Shown here piece after piece: positions 9,909-18,864 of a stretch of 64,000 bases of DNA (the stretch's first letter is position 1; the number at the start of each line of letters is the position of its first letter). The notes beneath the pieces are model-generated. The model searched no databases. It saw nothing but the letters and a program-made list of their open reading frames with translations, and was not told the origin of the DNA. The translations under genes were made by a program, and so were the position numbers. The stretch is from the NCBI GenBank assembly GCA_963674705.1, contig OY771506.1:1824001-1888000 (forward strand), written 5' to 3'. The DNA is from Phycisphaeraceae bacterium. Its GTDB lineage: Bacteria; Planctomycetota; Phycisphaerae; Phycisphaerales; Phycisphaeraceae.

Positions 9909-10532
9909 ATGGCGCGTCACGTTTGTCTTTTACGGGTGATTATCTGTTTGGCATGTTGTGCGGTGTTGGCGATACATGTGCCGGTGTTCGCAGCGGAAAC
10001 AGACGAATTGGAAGCGGAGCATGATGCGCTGCGAGCATTTAAGACGTTGTTTGAACAGGCGGTAAATTCGAATCAACTGGAGATGTTGCAGCCGCACCTG
10101 CACGATCCCTTTTCAGTGGTGACGTACACGGACCGTGAGTTTTCCGACTTCGATGCGTTTAAAGTACGCTGGCAGAAGACGCGGGACGAGATGCTGCAGG
10201 GCGGGTCGTACACGGTCGAGCTTTTGCCGGACAGCAGCCAGATCTTCGGCGATATCGCGATCGCGAAGGGGGATTCGAATAACGTGCTCGTCACCGGCAG
10301 CGGTCAGGAGCACCGGTTCACCTCAAAGTGGACAGTGGTGTTCCGCAAGGTGGATGGCAATTGGAAGATTCTCCGCGTGCACAGCACGTTGAACCCGTTC
10401 GACAATTCGATGATCAGATCGCACGTGCAAGGCTTGCTGATCAAGTCAATCGGCGCAGCATTACTGGGCGGATTGATTCTGGGCTGGCTGCTGCGGATGT
10501 TTGTCGGCCGAAGTAAACGGGCTGCGGTCTGA
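9909..10532 (+). CDS. NTF2-like (DUF4440/SnoaL-like) exported protein with C-terminal membrane anchor
   Basis: Signal peptide; FTSKWTVVFRKVDGNWKILRVHST; C-terminal TM helix. Confidence 0.7.
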   Translation: MARHVCLLRVIICLACCAVLAIHVPVFAAETDELEAEHDALRAFKTLFEQAVNSNQLEMLQPHLHDPFSVVTYTDREFSDFDAFKVRWQKTRDEMLQGGSYTVELLPDSSQIFGDIAIAKGDSNNVLVTGSGQEHRFTSKWTVVFRKVDGNWKILRVHSTLNPFDNSMIRSHVQGLLIKSIGAALLGGLILGWLLRMFVGRSKRAAV

Positions 10533-10558
10533 GCATCATTCAACATAAGGTGCTGCCG

Positions 10559-10933
10559 ATGCAGAATACACCGCTGGTTTCGATTGTTTGCGTTCTTATC
10601 GCCTCGGTTTTGGGTGCGGGCGGGCAATACCTGTTTAAAGCGGGAACGGATCGCATGTCGGGAGGGCCGATGTCGTTCCTGTTCTCGCCGTGGGTGTGGG
10701 TGGGGATGCTCTGCTACATCGCGGTGATGTTTTTCTTCACGTATGCGTTTAAAAAAGGCGGGACGGTAACGGTGCTGTACCCGATCTATGCGTCGACGTT
10801 TATCTGGTCGGCGGTGATGGGCTGGATGATTAACCAGCAGCCGATCCGTGCGGTGCATGTGCTGGGGATGCTGCTGCTGATCGTGGGGATGTACCTGATG
10901 GGGATCGGCAACGCGGCGGCAGGCAAGACATGA
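10559..10933 (+). CDS. SMR/EamA-type small membrane protein (ArnE/F-like flippase family)
   Basis: 4 TM helices, GQYLFK and VTVLYPIYAS motifs. Confidence 0.7.
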   Translation: MQNTPLVSIVCVLIASVLGAGGQYLFKAGTDRMSGGPMSFLFSPWVWVGMLCYIAVMFFFTYAFKKGGTVTVLYPIYASTFIWSAVMGWMINQQPIRAVHVLGMLLLIVGMYLMGIGNAAAGKT

Positions 10934-10978
10934 TAAGCGTAAGTGAACCTGTTCATATGAAGTACGTAGGTAACGAGC

Positions 10979-11677
10979 ATGGGTGATTATCAGCCGACAT
11001 CACGACGCGCCATTGCGGATGTATTTCGTAAGACAGCAAACAGCGCGGTGCGTTTGTGCGTTCGACTTGAAGTGTCACCCGACGCGGTGTCGTACAGTTC
11101 GATTGTTGCGGCAGCCGGGGCTGCGGTGTGTTTCTGGCAGTCGGGCAGGATAGCGGCGCTATTGATCCCGGCGGTCGCGCTGTGTTATCTGCGGCTGTGG
11201 TTTAACATGCTCGACGGCATGGTCGCGCTGGCATCGGGCAAGGCAAGCCGGCGGGGCGAAGTGATTAACGAATTGCCCGATCGCATTTCAGATGTACTGA
11301 TATTTGTGGGTGTCGCGCACAGCGGGTTGTGCCAGCCGATCATCGCGTACTGGGTGGCGATCCTGAGCGTGATGGTGGCATACATCGGGATACTCGGCCA
11401 AGCGGTGGGCGTGCAGCGCGAGTTCAGCGGGGTGATGTCCAAACCCTGGCGGATGGTGGTGCTGCACGCGGGGGCGTGGATGACGTTGGCGCTGATTTGG
11501 TGGGGTAATAGCGCGTATGTCTTCGGCGGATTAACGGTGCTGGACTGGACACATCTGCTCATCATTGCCGGTTGTCTGCAGACTTCGGCCATTCGACTCA
11601 TGCATATGATGCGTGCGCTTAATGCAAGCGCTGAATCTGCAGACGCGCTGCAGACGCCAACGGAGAAAGATGCATGA
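10979..11677 (+). CDS. CDP-alcohol phosphatidyltransferase (YnbA-like)
   Basis: NMLDGMVA...RRGEVINELPDRISD signature variant; MSKPWR. Confidence 0.85.
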   Translation: MGDYQPTSRRAIADVFRKTANSAVRLCVRLEVSPDAVSYSSIVAAAGAAVCFWQSGRIAALLIPAVALCYLRLWFNMLDGMVALASGKASRRGEVINELPDRISDVLIFVGVAHSGLCQPIIAYWVAILSVMVAYIGILGQAVGVQREFSGVMSKPWRMVVLHAGAWMTLALIWWGNSAYVFGGLTVLDWTHLLIIAGCLQTSAIRLMHMMRALNASAESADALQTPTEKDA

Positions 11678-12621
11678 GTCCGCGTGCTGCGATGGATAGC
11701 CAGGTGTTTTTGATCTACCTGGCGATTCTTGTGTCGATCCTGATTGTAGCCGGCGGCACGATCTCGCTATTGCGCTGGGGGCTTAAGAAAGAGGTTGGGC
11801 ATGCGTGGGCGTCGTACCGCGGCTGGTTGGTGATGGTGCCGTTGGTTTTGGTGTGTCTATTTCTTGGGCGGATTGCGACGATTGTGGGCCTGACGCTTGT
11901 TGCGGTGCATAGTATGAAGGAATACGCTCGTGCGACGGGGCTCTATCGCGATTGGACGATGACGAGCGTGTTGTACCTGGGCGTGATCGGCTGCGGCGTA
12001 ACCGCGTTGGTGACGGACCCGTTCCTGCACGTGCCGGGGTGGTACGGCTTGTTCATGACGTTGCCCGCCTACACGATCGCGGCGATCCTCCTGGTCCCGA
12101 TCGTTCGTAACAAGGCGGCCGGTCAGTTGCAGGCGATCGCGCTGGCGGTGGTGGGCTTCATCTACATCGGCTGGATGTTCGGGCACGTGATCTTTCTTGC
12201 CAATTCATCCAACGCGTACGGGTATCTTCTGTATTTGTTGTTTGCAGTGCAGATCAATGATGTGTCGGCTTACGTGTTTGGCAAGTGTTTCGGCCGACAT
12301 CCGCTTCGCCGCAACATCAGCCCGAAGAAAACATGGGAAGGTTCGCTCGGGGCGTTTGCGGTGTCGATGGTGCTGCCTTGGGTGATGCATTTTTCTTTCC
12401 CGCACTTTACGGCCGTGCAGTGCGTGCTGACCGGGTTGATCGTCGGGATTGGCGGACAGCTTGGCGATTTATCGATGAGCGTGATCAAGCGCGATATCGG
12501 GATCAAGGACATGGGCAACCTGATCACGGGCCACGGCGGCGTATTGGACCGGATCGACAGCCTCATTTACACCGCTCCCCTGTTTTTCCACATGGTGCGT
12601 TATTTTCACGATATTTATTGA
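11674..12621 (+). CDS. Phosphatidate cytidylyltransferase (YnbB/CdsA family)
   Basis: NDVSAY, ISPKKTWEG, KRDIGIKD, GHGGVLDRIDS. Confidence 0.9.
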   Translation: MSPRAAMDSQVFLIYLAILVSILIVAGGTISLLRWGLKKEVGHAWASYRGWLVMVPLVLVCLFLGRIATIVGLTLVAVHSMKEYARATGLYRDWTMTSVLYLGVIGCGVTALVTDPFLHVPGWYGLFMTLPAYTIAAILLVPIVRNKAAGQLQAIALAVVGFIYIGWMFGHVIFLANSSNAYGYLLYLLFAVQINDVSAYVFGKCFGRHPLRRNISPKKTWEGSLGAFAVSMVLPWVMHFSFPHFTAVQCVLTGLIVGIGGQLGDLSMSVIKRDIGIKDMGNLITGHGGVLDRIDSLIYTAPLFFHMVRYFHDIY

Positions 12622-12759
12622 CCGGTGAACCGGACCGTGAGACACGACGTACGGGTCTGTAGAATGGGGTCGTGATATAATCCCTGCCTGGCCTTGGGGC
12701 CTAGATTCCGGGATGTCGATATACCCGCGCTGTTGCGGGTTGTTGCAGGGGATGCAACG

Positions 12760-13521
12760 ATGCAGGATTGGACCTACCAGACCGCGGAAGATATCGATCA
12801 ATCCGTGAAGGATCGATTGCGGCGATTCCCGCGCGAGCCCGACCTGATGGTCTATACCATGCGGTCGGCGGCGGCGTGCCTGATCCGTGCTTGGATGCAC
12901 GCTTATCACGGTTTAACAATCGTCGGCAGAGAAAACCTGCCGCGTGAAAGATCGTGTGTCCTGGTAGCGAATCATACGAGCCATCTGGATACACTCAGCG
13001 TATTGTCTGCGTTTCCGATCCACATGCTGCACCGTGTGTTTCCCGCGGCGGCGAAGGATTTTTTCTTTGAGTCTTTGCCGAGGGTTGCGTTCTCCGCGGT
13101 GATGGTCAATGCCCTGCCGTTCGATCGGCAGACGAGCATTCGACAGAGCCTGAGTTTATGCAGGAACCTGCTTGATCGGCCGAACACGACCTTGCTTTTA
13201 TTTCCGGAAGGGACACGGGCTGTGAGCGGGGTGATGGGGGACTTTAAGCCGGGGATCGGCTATCTGCTGGCGGGTTCGGACACGCCGGTGTGCCCGTGCC
13301 ATATCGACGGCGCGTTTGAAGCTTTGCCCAAAGGCGCATGGCTACCTCGGCCGAAACGTATCCGGATATCGATCGGCGAGCCCCGAACGTATGCACATCT
13401 TAACCGTGGTAAAGAATCTGTACGAGCGATCTGTGATGAACTGCGTGAAAGCATCCAGCAGCTTGCGAAGCCTAAATCGCGGGTTGCTGATGCTGTTGTT
13501 AACCGGGAGCACTTGACATGA
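12760..13521 (+). CDS. Lysophospholipid acyltransferase (PlsC family)
   Basis: ANHTSHLD, FPEGTR; start moved to ATG 12760. Confidence 0.88.
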   Translation: MQDWTYQTAEDIDQSVKDRLRRFPREPDLMVYTMRSAAACLIRAWMHAYHGLTIVGRENLPRERSCVLVANHTSHLDTLSVLSAFPIHMLHRVFPAAAKDFFFESLPRVAFSAVMVNALPFDRQTSIRQSLSLCRNLLDRPNTTLLLFPEGTRAVSGVMGDFKPGIGYLLAGSDTPVCPCHIDGAFEALPKGAWLPRPKRIRISIGEPRTYAHLNRGKESVRAICDELRESIQQLAKPKSRVADAVVNREHLT

Positions 13522-15311
13522 CACAACTACATGAGCCGGGACTGATACAAGACGAACGTCAGGAGTCAGATGGCGCGACGGAACATACGCTGAGAATGTG
13601 GGACGGCACGGAATTGTTTTACCGTGCCTGGCTGCCTCAAACACCTGCAAAGAAAGCGTTGTTTCTTTTTCACCGCGGGCACGAACACTCGGGGCGGTTC
13701 AGTGATGTCGTAAAGGAGTTGGATCTGTGGGATACTGCCATATTCGCATGGGATGCGCGCGGGCATGGCAGGTCGCCCGGCGAGCGCGGGTATGCACCCA
13801 GTCTGAGTTATATCGTCAAGGACATCGATTACTTCGTAAAGCAAGTGTTGAAGCTGCATAGCATCCCGGTGGAAGATACGTCCGTGATTGCGCACAGCGT
13901 GGGAGCGGTGACGGTCGCGGCGTGGGTGCATGATTATGCGCCACCGATCCGGTCGCTCGTGCTGGTGACGCCGGCGTTGCGTGTGAAGCTCTATGTACCT
14001 TTTGCGATGCCGGGGCTGCGCCTGCTTCAGAAGATCCGCGGTAAGGCGTTTATCAAGAGTTACGTCAAAGCGAAGATGCTGACGCACGATCCCGAACAGG
14101 CGAGGCGATATAACGAGGACCCGTTAATCGAGCGGTCGATCGCGGTGAATATCCTGCTGGGTTTGTTTGATACTGCGACAAGATTGATCGCGGATGCGGG
14201 CGCGATCCGTGTACCCACGCTTGTTTTATCCGGCGGAGCGGACTGGGTTGTGAAGGTGAAGGCCCAACGCACGTTTTATGGACGGCTCGGTTCAACCAAA
14301 AAACGCATGCGCCACTTCGACGGGATGTACCACGACATCCTTCACGAGAAAGGCCGCGCCGAGGTGCTGGAGGAGATCCGGCGGTTTATCGATAGTGTCC
14401 ATGAAAGCGATGACAAGCGACGACCGATGCTGGATGCGGATCATTTCGGCTACACGCGGGACGAGTACGATCGCTTGAATGAGCCGTTGAAAAATCTATC
14501 GCCGAAGGGCTTGTTCTTCGGCGCTCAGCGTTTATCGATGAAGACGCTTGGGTTACTGAGTAAAGGTATACGGCTGGGTTGGCGGACGGGTTTTGATTCC
14601 GGGCAGACGCTTGACTATGTCTACGAAAACCGATCGCGAGGGAGCCTGCTTCTCGGCAAGTTGTTCGATCGGATGTACCTGAATAACATCGGCTGGTGTG
14701 CGGTCCGCCAGCGGAAGGTGCATGTTGAGCGGTTGTTGAAGCAGACGATTACGCAACTCAAGCAATCGGGCAAGCCGGTGCATGTCGTGGATATCGCGGC
14801 CGGGCAGGGGCGATACGTGCTGGATACGCTTAAGGATTTGAACGATGCGGATGTGACTGCGGTCCTGCGTGATTACCAGGGATCGAACCTCGTTGCCGGG
14901 CGAAAGCTCGTTAAAGCGATGGGCCTGGAGAATGTGAGTTTTGAGTTGGACGATGCGTTTGATGAGCGGTCGCTGGCTGCGATGGACCCGCCCCCGACGG
15001 TTGTGATCGTGTGCGGCTTGTACGAACTGTACCCGGAGAATGCTTATCTGCGCAGGTCGTTACGCGGGATCGCACAGGCGATGAAAAACGGCGGCTACCT
15101 GATCTATGATGGCCAGCCCTGGCACCCGGGCGTGGAGATGATCGCGCGCGTACTGACCAATCGCGAGGGCGACCCATGGATCATGCGCAGGCGCACACAG
15201 GAAGAGCTGGATGATCTGGTGCGCGATGCAGGGTTTGAAAAGCAGACGATGGAGATTGATGAAGAGGGGATATTCACGGTCTCGGTTGCGAAGATTGGCG
15301 GCGTTTCATGA
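13518..15311 (+). CDS. ynbC: Bifunctional alpha/beta hydrolase - class I SAM methyltransferase (YnbC-like)
   Basis: FHRGHEHSGR, DARGHGRSPG, AHSVGAV nucleophile, GFDSGQTLDYVY, DIAAGQGRY, WIMRRRTQEELD. Confidence 0.85.
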   Translation: MTQLHEPGLIQDERQESDGATEHTLRMWDGTELFYRAWLPQTPAKKALFLFHRGHEHSGRFSDVVKELDLWDTAIFAWDARGHGRSPGERGYAPSLSYIVKDIDYFVKQVLKLHSIPVEDTSVIAHSVGAVTVAAWVHDYAPPIRSLVLVTPALRVKLYVPFAMPGLRLLQKIRGKAFIKSYVKAKMLTHDPEQARRYNEDPLIERSIAVNILLGLFDTATRLIADAGAIRVPTLVLSGGADWVVKVKAQRTFYGRLGSTKKRMRHFDGMYHDILHEKGRAEVLEEIRRFIDSVHESDDKRRPMLDADHFGYTRDEYDRLNEPLKNLSPKGLFFGAQRLSMKTLGLLSKGIRLGWRTGFDSGQTLDYVYENRSRGSLLLGKLFDRMYLNNIGWCAVRQRKVHVERLLKQTITQLKQSGKPVHVVDIAAGQGRYVLDTLKDLNDADVTAVLRDYQGSNLVAGRKLVKAMGLENVSFELDDAFDERSLAAMDPPPTVVIVCGLYELYPENAYLRRSLRGIAQAMKNGGYLIYDGQPWHPGVEMIARVLTNREGDPWIMRRRTQEELDDLVRDAGFEKQTMEIDEEGIFTVSVAKIGGVS

Positions 15312-16288
15312 TTGATGAAGTGAAGATGCGAGCCGACTACTTTCGGCTGATGAATATGAACGGCGCGGCGCATGTGTATCGAGAGGCTGTGCGGCAAGGA
15401 GTCTTGGATGCGCTGGTGAAGGAGCCGATGAATGCGGCGGAACTTTCGCGGGTTTGTGGGACGCAGGAGAAGCCGACAAGTTTATTGCTCGAAGTCCTAG
15501 CTGCGCTCGGCCTGGTGGATGCCGTTGATGAAGCATATACCCTGACGCCGTTGGCGGGGATGCTGATCGCGGGTGGGTATCGTGAGTTGGGCGATCTTTA
15601 CTGGGCGCACCTGTCGGAGTTTTTGAAGACCGGCAAGCCCATGGCGACGATGGACGCGCTTCAGCAGAGTGAATCGCATTACCAGAAGCAGGCGGCGGCG
15701 CTTGGCTGGATGCTCGGGCCCGCAGCGGAAGCGGCTGCGCAACTCTTGAACAATCAACAGCAGCCGATCGAAAAGGTGCTGGATATCGGCGCCGGCTCTG
15801 CGATCTGGAGCTTGTCGCTGGCTAAGCACGCGGCGAGCGCGACGGTGAGAGCGGTGGATTGGCCTGCCGTATTGGAAGTGGCGAAGCAGACGGCCGCGCG
15901 GTTTGGTTTATCCGATCGCCTGGAATTGATTGCCGGCAACTATCACGAAGTCGACTTGCCCGCTGATAGTTTTGATTTGGCGATCGTTGGCAACGTGACG
16001 CATCTTGAGACAGTTGAAGGCAACCTGAAGCTGTTTAGGAAACTGCACGCGGCAATCAAATCCGGCGGGCGGATCGCGGTGATGGATATCTTCCCGGGGC
16101 AGGCGGAAGGGGATGTGAACCGAGCGCTATACGCGCTAGGGTTGGCATTACGCACGCAGCAGGGGCAGGTACACACACCGCAAGCCTTGGAAGCTCTTTT
16201 GGCTGGGGCTGGATTCGGCCAGGTTTCGCTGTGTGAGTTGCCCGTGCCGCCCTACGCGGTTGGCATGATGATGGGTTCAAAGCTGTGA
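15308..16288 (+). CDS. O-methyltransferase (dimerisation domain + class I SAM domain)
   Basis: VLDIGAGSAIWS, DWPAVLE, AGNYHE. Confidence 0.85.
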   Translation: MIDEVKMRADYFRLMNMNGAAHVYREAVRQGVLDALVKEPMNAAELSRVCGTQEKPTSLLLEVLAALGLVDAVDEAYTLTPLAGMLIAGGYRELGDLYWAHLSEFLKTGKPMATMDALQQSESHYQKQAAALGWMLGPAAEAAAQLLNNQQQPIEKVLDIGAGSAIWSLSLAKHAASATVRAVDWPAVLEVAKQTAARFGLSDRLELIAGNYHEVDLPADSFDLAIVGNVTHLETVEGNLKLFRKLHAAIKSGGRIAVMDIFPGQAEGDVNRALYALGLALRTQQGQVHTPQALEALLAGAGFGQVSLCELPVPPYAVGMMMGSKL

Positions 16289-16394
16289 GGCCGCCTGCGT
16301 CATTTGTGCTGTAACTGATTATCTGATAAAGATTAATGATGGCAATAGCGATTCTGATCGGATTTTCTGGCGATCCTATCGGCGTTTGATTGGC

Positions 16395-16427
16395 TTGACA
16401 GGCCAGATAGTGTATATTATACACTAA
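16395..16427 (+). promoter_or_regulatory. Promoter with NrtR operator upstream of pncB
   Basis: TTGACA 16395-16400; palindrome TAGTGT-atattat-ACACTA 16408-16426 with the NrtR GT-N7-AC core. Confidence 0.85.
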
Positions 16428-16441
16428 GTAAGGAGTTAAGT

Positions 16442-17932
16442 ATGGGACAACTCAATGCGATCTACCGGACCCCGCTGGGGCTGCTGACCGACCTGTACCA
16501 ACTGACGATGGCGTACGGCTATTGGAAGCTGGGGCGGGCGGATCAGCAGGCGGCGTTTCATCTGTTCTTCCGCAAGCCGCCGTTCGGCGGGGGGTACGCG
16601 ATCGCGGCGGGGCTGTCGCACGTGGTGGACCTGCTGCGTTCATTTAAGTTTGAAGCCTGCGATCTGGAATACCTGGCGACGCTTGAAGGCAACGATGGTC
16701 GGCCGCTGTTTGAAAAAGGATTCCTGGATTACCTTGGCGAGCTTCGATTCAGTTGCGATGTGGATGCGGTGCCGGAAGGCACGGCTGTATTCGGTAACGA
16801 GCCGATGGTGCGCGTGCGCGGGCCGATCCTGCAGGGGCAGTTGCTTGAGACGGCGTTATTGAACCTGGTGAACTTCCAGACTTTGATAGCGACGAAGGCG
16901 GCGCGGGTTTGTCATGCGGCCAAGGGGGACTCGGTATTAGAGTTTGGCTTACGAAGAGCGCAGGGCGTGGATGGTTCACTGGCGGCGAGCCGAGCTGCGT
17001 ATATCGGGGGTTGCCATGCGACGAGTAACGTGCTTGCGGGGAAGCTGTACGGCATCCCGGTCAAGGGGACGCATGCACATAGCTGGGTGATGAGTTTTGA
17101 AGATGAGCTGGCGTCGTTCGATGCGTATGCTGAGGCAATGCCGAACAATTGTGTTTTTCTGGTAGATACGTACGACACGATCGCCGGCGTGCGTAACGCG
17201 ATCGAAGCGGGCCTGAAGCTGCGTGATCGTGGCTACGAGATGGCAGGCCTACGCCTCGATTCGGGCGACCTGGCGTACCTGAGCATCGAAGCACGTCGGC
17301 TGCTCGATGAAGCGGGATTCGAGAAGGCGGCCATCGTCGCGTCGAACGATCTGGATGAGCACATCATCCAGGACCTGAAGCAGCAGGGCGCGACGATCGC
17401 GGTCTGGGGCGTCGGTACGAAGCTGGCGACGGCTTACGATCAGCCGGCGCTTGGGGGCGTGTATAAACTCGGCGCGATATGCGATGAAGGTGGCGAATGG
17501 GAACACCGCGTCAAGCTATCCGAGCAAGCGATCAAGACGAGTATCCCCGGTATGTTGCAGGTTCGCCGATTTGAAAACAATAATGGCCACGTAGCGGACA
17601 TGATCTACGATGAACTCCTGGGTGTGGATGATGCGAGGCTGATCGTCGATCCAAAAGACCCGACACGACGCAAGAAGATCAGCGCAAAGGCAAGTGTGCG
17701 TGATCTATTGATCCCGATCGCTCGTGATGGGAAGATCATGTTTGAGGATGAGCCTTTGGAAGTATTGCGTGATCGGGCGCAAGCGGAGCTTGCCAAAGTG
17801 CATCCGGGGACGCAGCGGTTTATGAATCCGCATGAGTATCCGGTCGGGCTTGAGCCGGGCCTGCACGAGTTGCGTAACAGGATGATCGATGACACGCGCG
17901 AGCGCGGGCTCGCCCAGGCGGAGTTGGATTGA
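16442..17932 (+). CDS. pncB: Nicotinate phosphoribosyltransferase
   Basis: [51 protein letters not shown]. Confidence 0.95.
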   Translation: MGQLNAIYRTPLGLLTDLYQLTMAYGYWKLGRADQQAAFHLFFRKPPFGGGYAIAAGLSHVVDLLRSFKFEACDLEYLATLEGNDGRPLFEKGFLDYLGELRFSCDVDAVPEGTAVFGNEPMVRVRGPILQGQLLETALLNLVNFQTLIATKAARVCHAAKGDSVLEFGLRRAQGVDGSLAASRAAYIGGCHATSNVLAGKLYGIPVKGTHAHSWVMSFEDELASFDAYAEAMPNNCVFLVDTYDTIAGVRNAIEAGLKLRDRGYEMAGLRLDSGDLAYLSIEARRLLDEAGFEKAAIVASNDLDEHIIQDLKQQGATIAVWGVGTKLATAYDQPALGGVYKLGAICDEGGEWEHRVKLSEQAIKTSIPGMLQVRRFENNNGHVADMIYDELLGVDDARLIVDPKDPTRRKKISAKASVRDLLIPIARDGKIMFEDEPLEVLRDRAQAELAKVHPGTQRFMNPHEYPVGLEPGLHELRNRMIDDTRERGLAQAELD

Positions 17933-18864
17933 TGTTGCTATTCAGCACCGAGCGATATGCGTACATGCTAGACGGTTTGGCGTCGGAAGCGCGCGTTGAT
18001 AAAGGCGAGATCGAACGCAAGACGTTTCTCGATGGTGAACGGTATCACCGCATCATGAGCAATGTTGACGATCAGCATGTTGCTATCGTCGGCGGAACGT
18101 GCAGCGACAGCGATACGCTTGAGCTGTTCGACTTATCGTGCGGTCTGGTGCAGGAGGGGGCGCGATCGCTGACGCTTGTCTTGCCTTACCTCGGTTATGC
18201 GACGATGGATCGGGCGGTCAAGAGCGGCGAGATCGTCAAGGCGAAGACGCGGGCGCGTTTGCTTTCATCGATCCCGCACGGCGTTCAGGCAAACCGGATC
18301 GTCTTGCTGGACCTGCATGCTGAGGGGATACAGTATTACTTTGAAGGGCCTTCGCACCCGGTGCATGTGTATGCAAAACCGCTTGTCACCGAGGCGATAC
18401 GAGAGTTGGGCGGCGAACGGTACGTACTTGCGTGTACGGATGCGGGGCGCGCGAAGTGGGTGGAATCGCTTGCCAATGAACTGAACGTGCCCGCAAGTTT
18501 CGTATTTAAACGCAGGAAAGAAGACGGCAACCCGGAAGTCACCGCGATGAGCGCGGATGTCACGGAGCAGAACGTGGTGATCTACGACGATATGGTGCGC
18601 TCCGGTGATTCTCTGTTGAACGCCGCGCGGGCTTATCTGGATGCGGGTGCGAAGTGTGTCAAAGCCGTCACAACGCACGGCCTGTTCCCGGGAGATTCGA
18701 TCAAGAAGCTGAAAGCTTCGGGCTTGCTCGAAGCGATCGTCTGCACGGATAGTCATCCAAGCGCGCTGCAAGCGGCGGAGTTGAGCGAAGGGTTTCTTGA
18801 TATCCGAACGGTTTCGCCGATCCTTGCGTCGGCGCTTAATCGTGGTAAAGGGGCGCGGCTATGA
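17932..18864 (+). CDS. prs: Divergent ribose-phosphate pyrophosphokinase homologue
   Basis: FLDGE, PYLGYATMDR, DLHA, KRR, IYDDMVRSGDS, THG, TDS; ATG overlaps pncB stop. Confidence 0.85.
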   Translation: MLLFSTERYAYMLDGLASEARVDKGEIERKTFLDGERYHRIMSNVDDQHVAIVGGTCSDSDTLELFDLSCGLVQEGARSLTLVLPYLGYATMDRAVKSGEIVKAKTRARLLSSIPHGVQANRIVLLDLHAEGIQYYFEGPSHPVHVYAKPLVTEAIRELGGERYVLACTDAGRAKWVESLANELNVPASFVFKRRKEDGNPEVTAMSADVTEQNVVIYDDMVRSGDSLLNAARAYLDAGAKCVKAVTTHGLFPGDSIKKLKASGLLEAIVCTDSHPSALQAAELSEGFLDIRTVSPILASALNRGKGARL

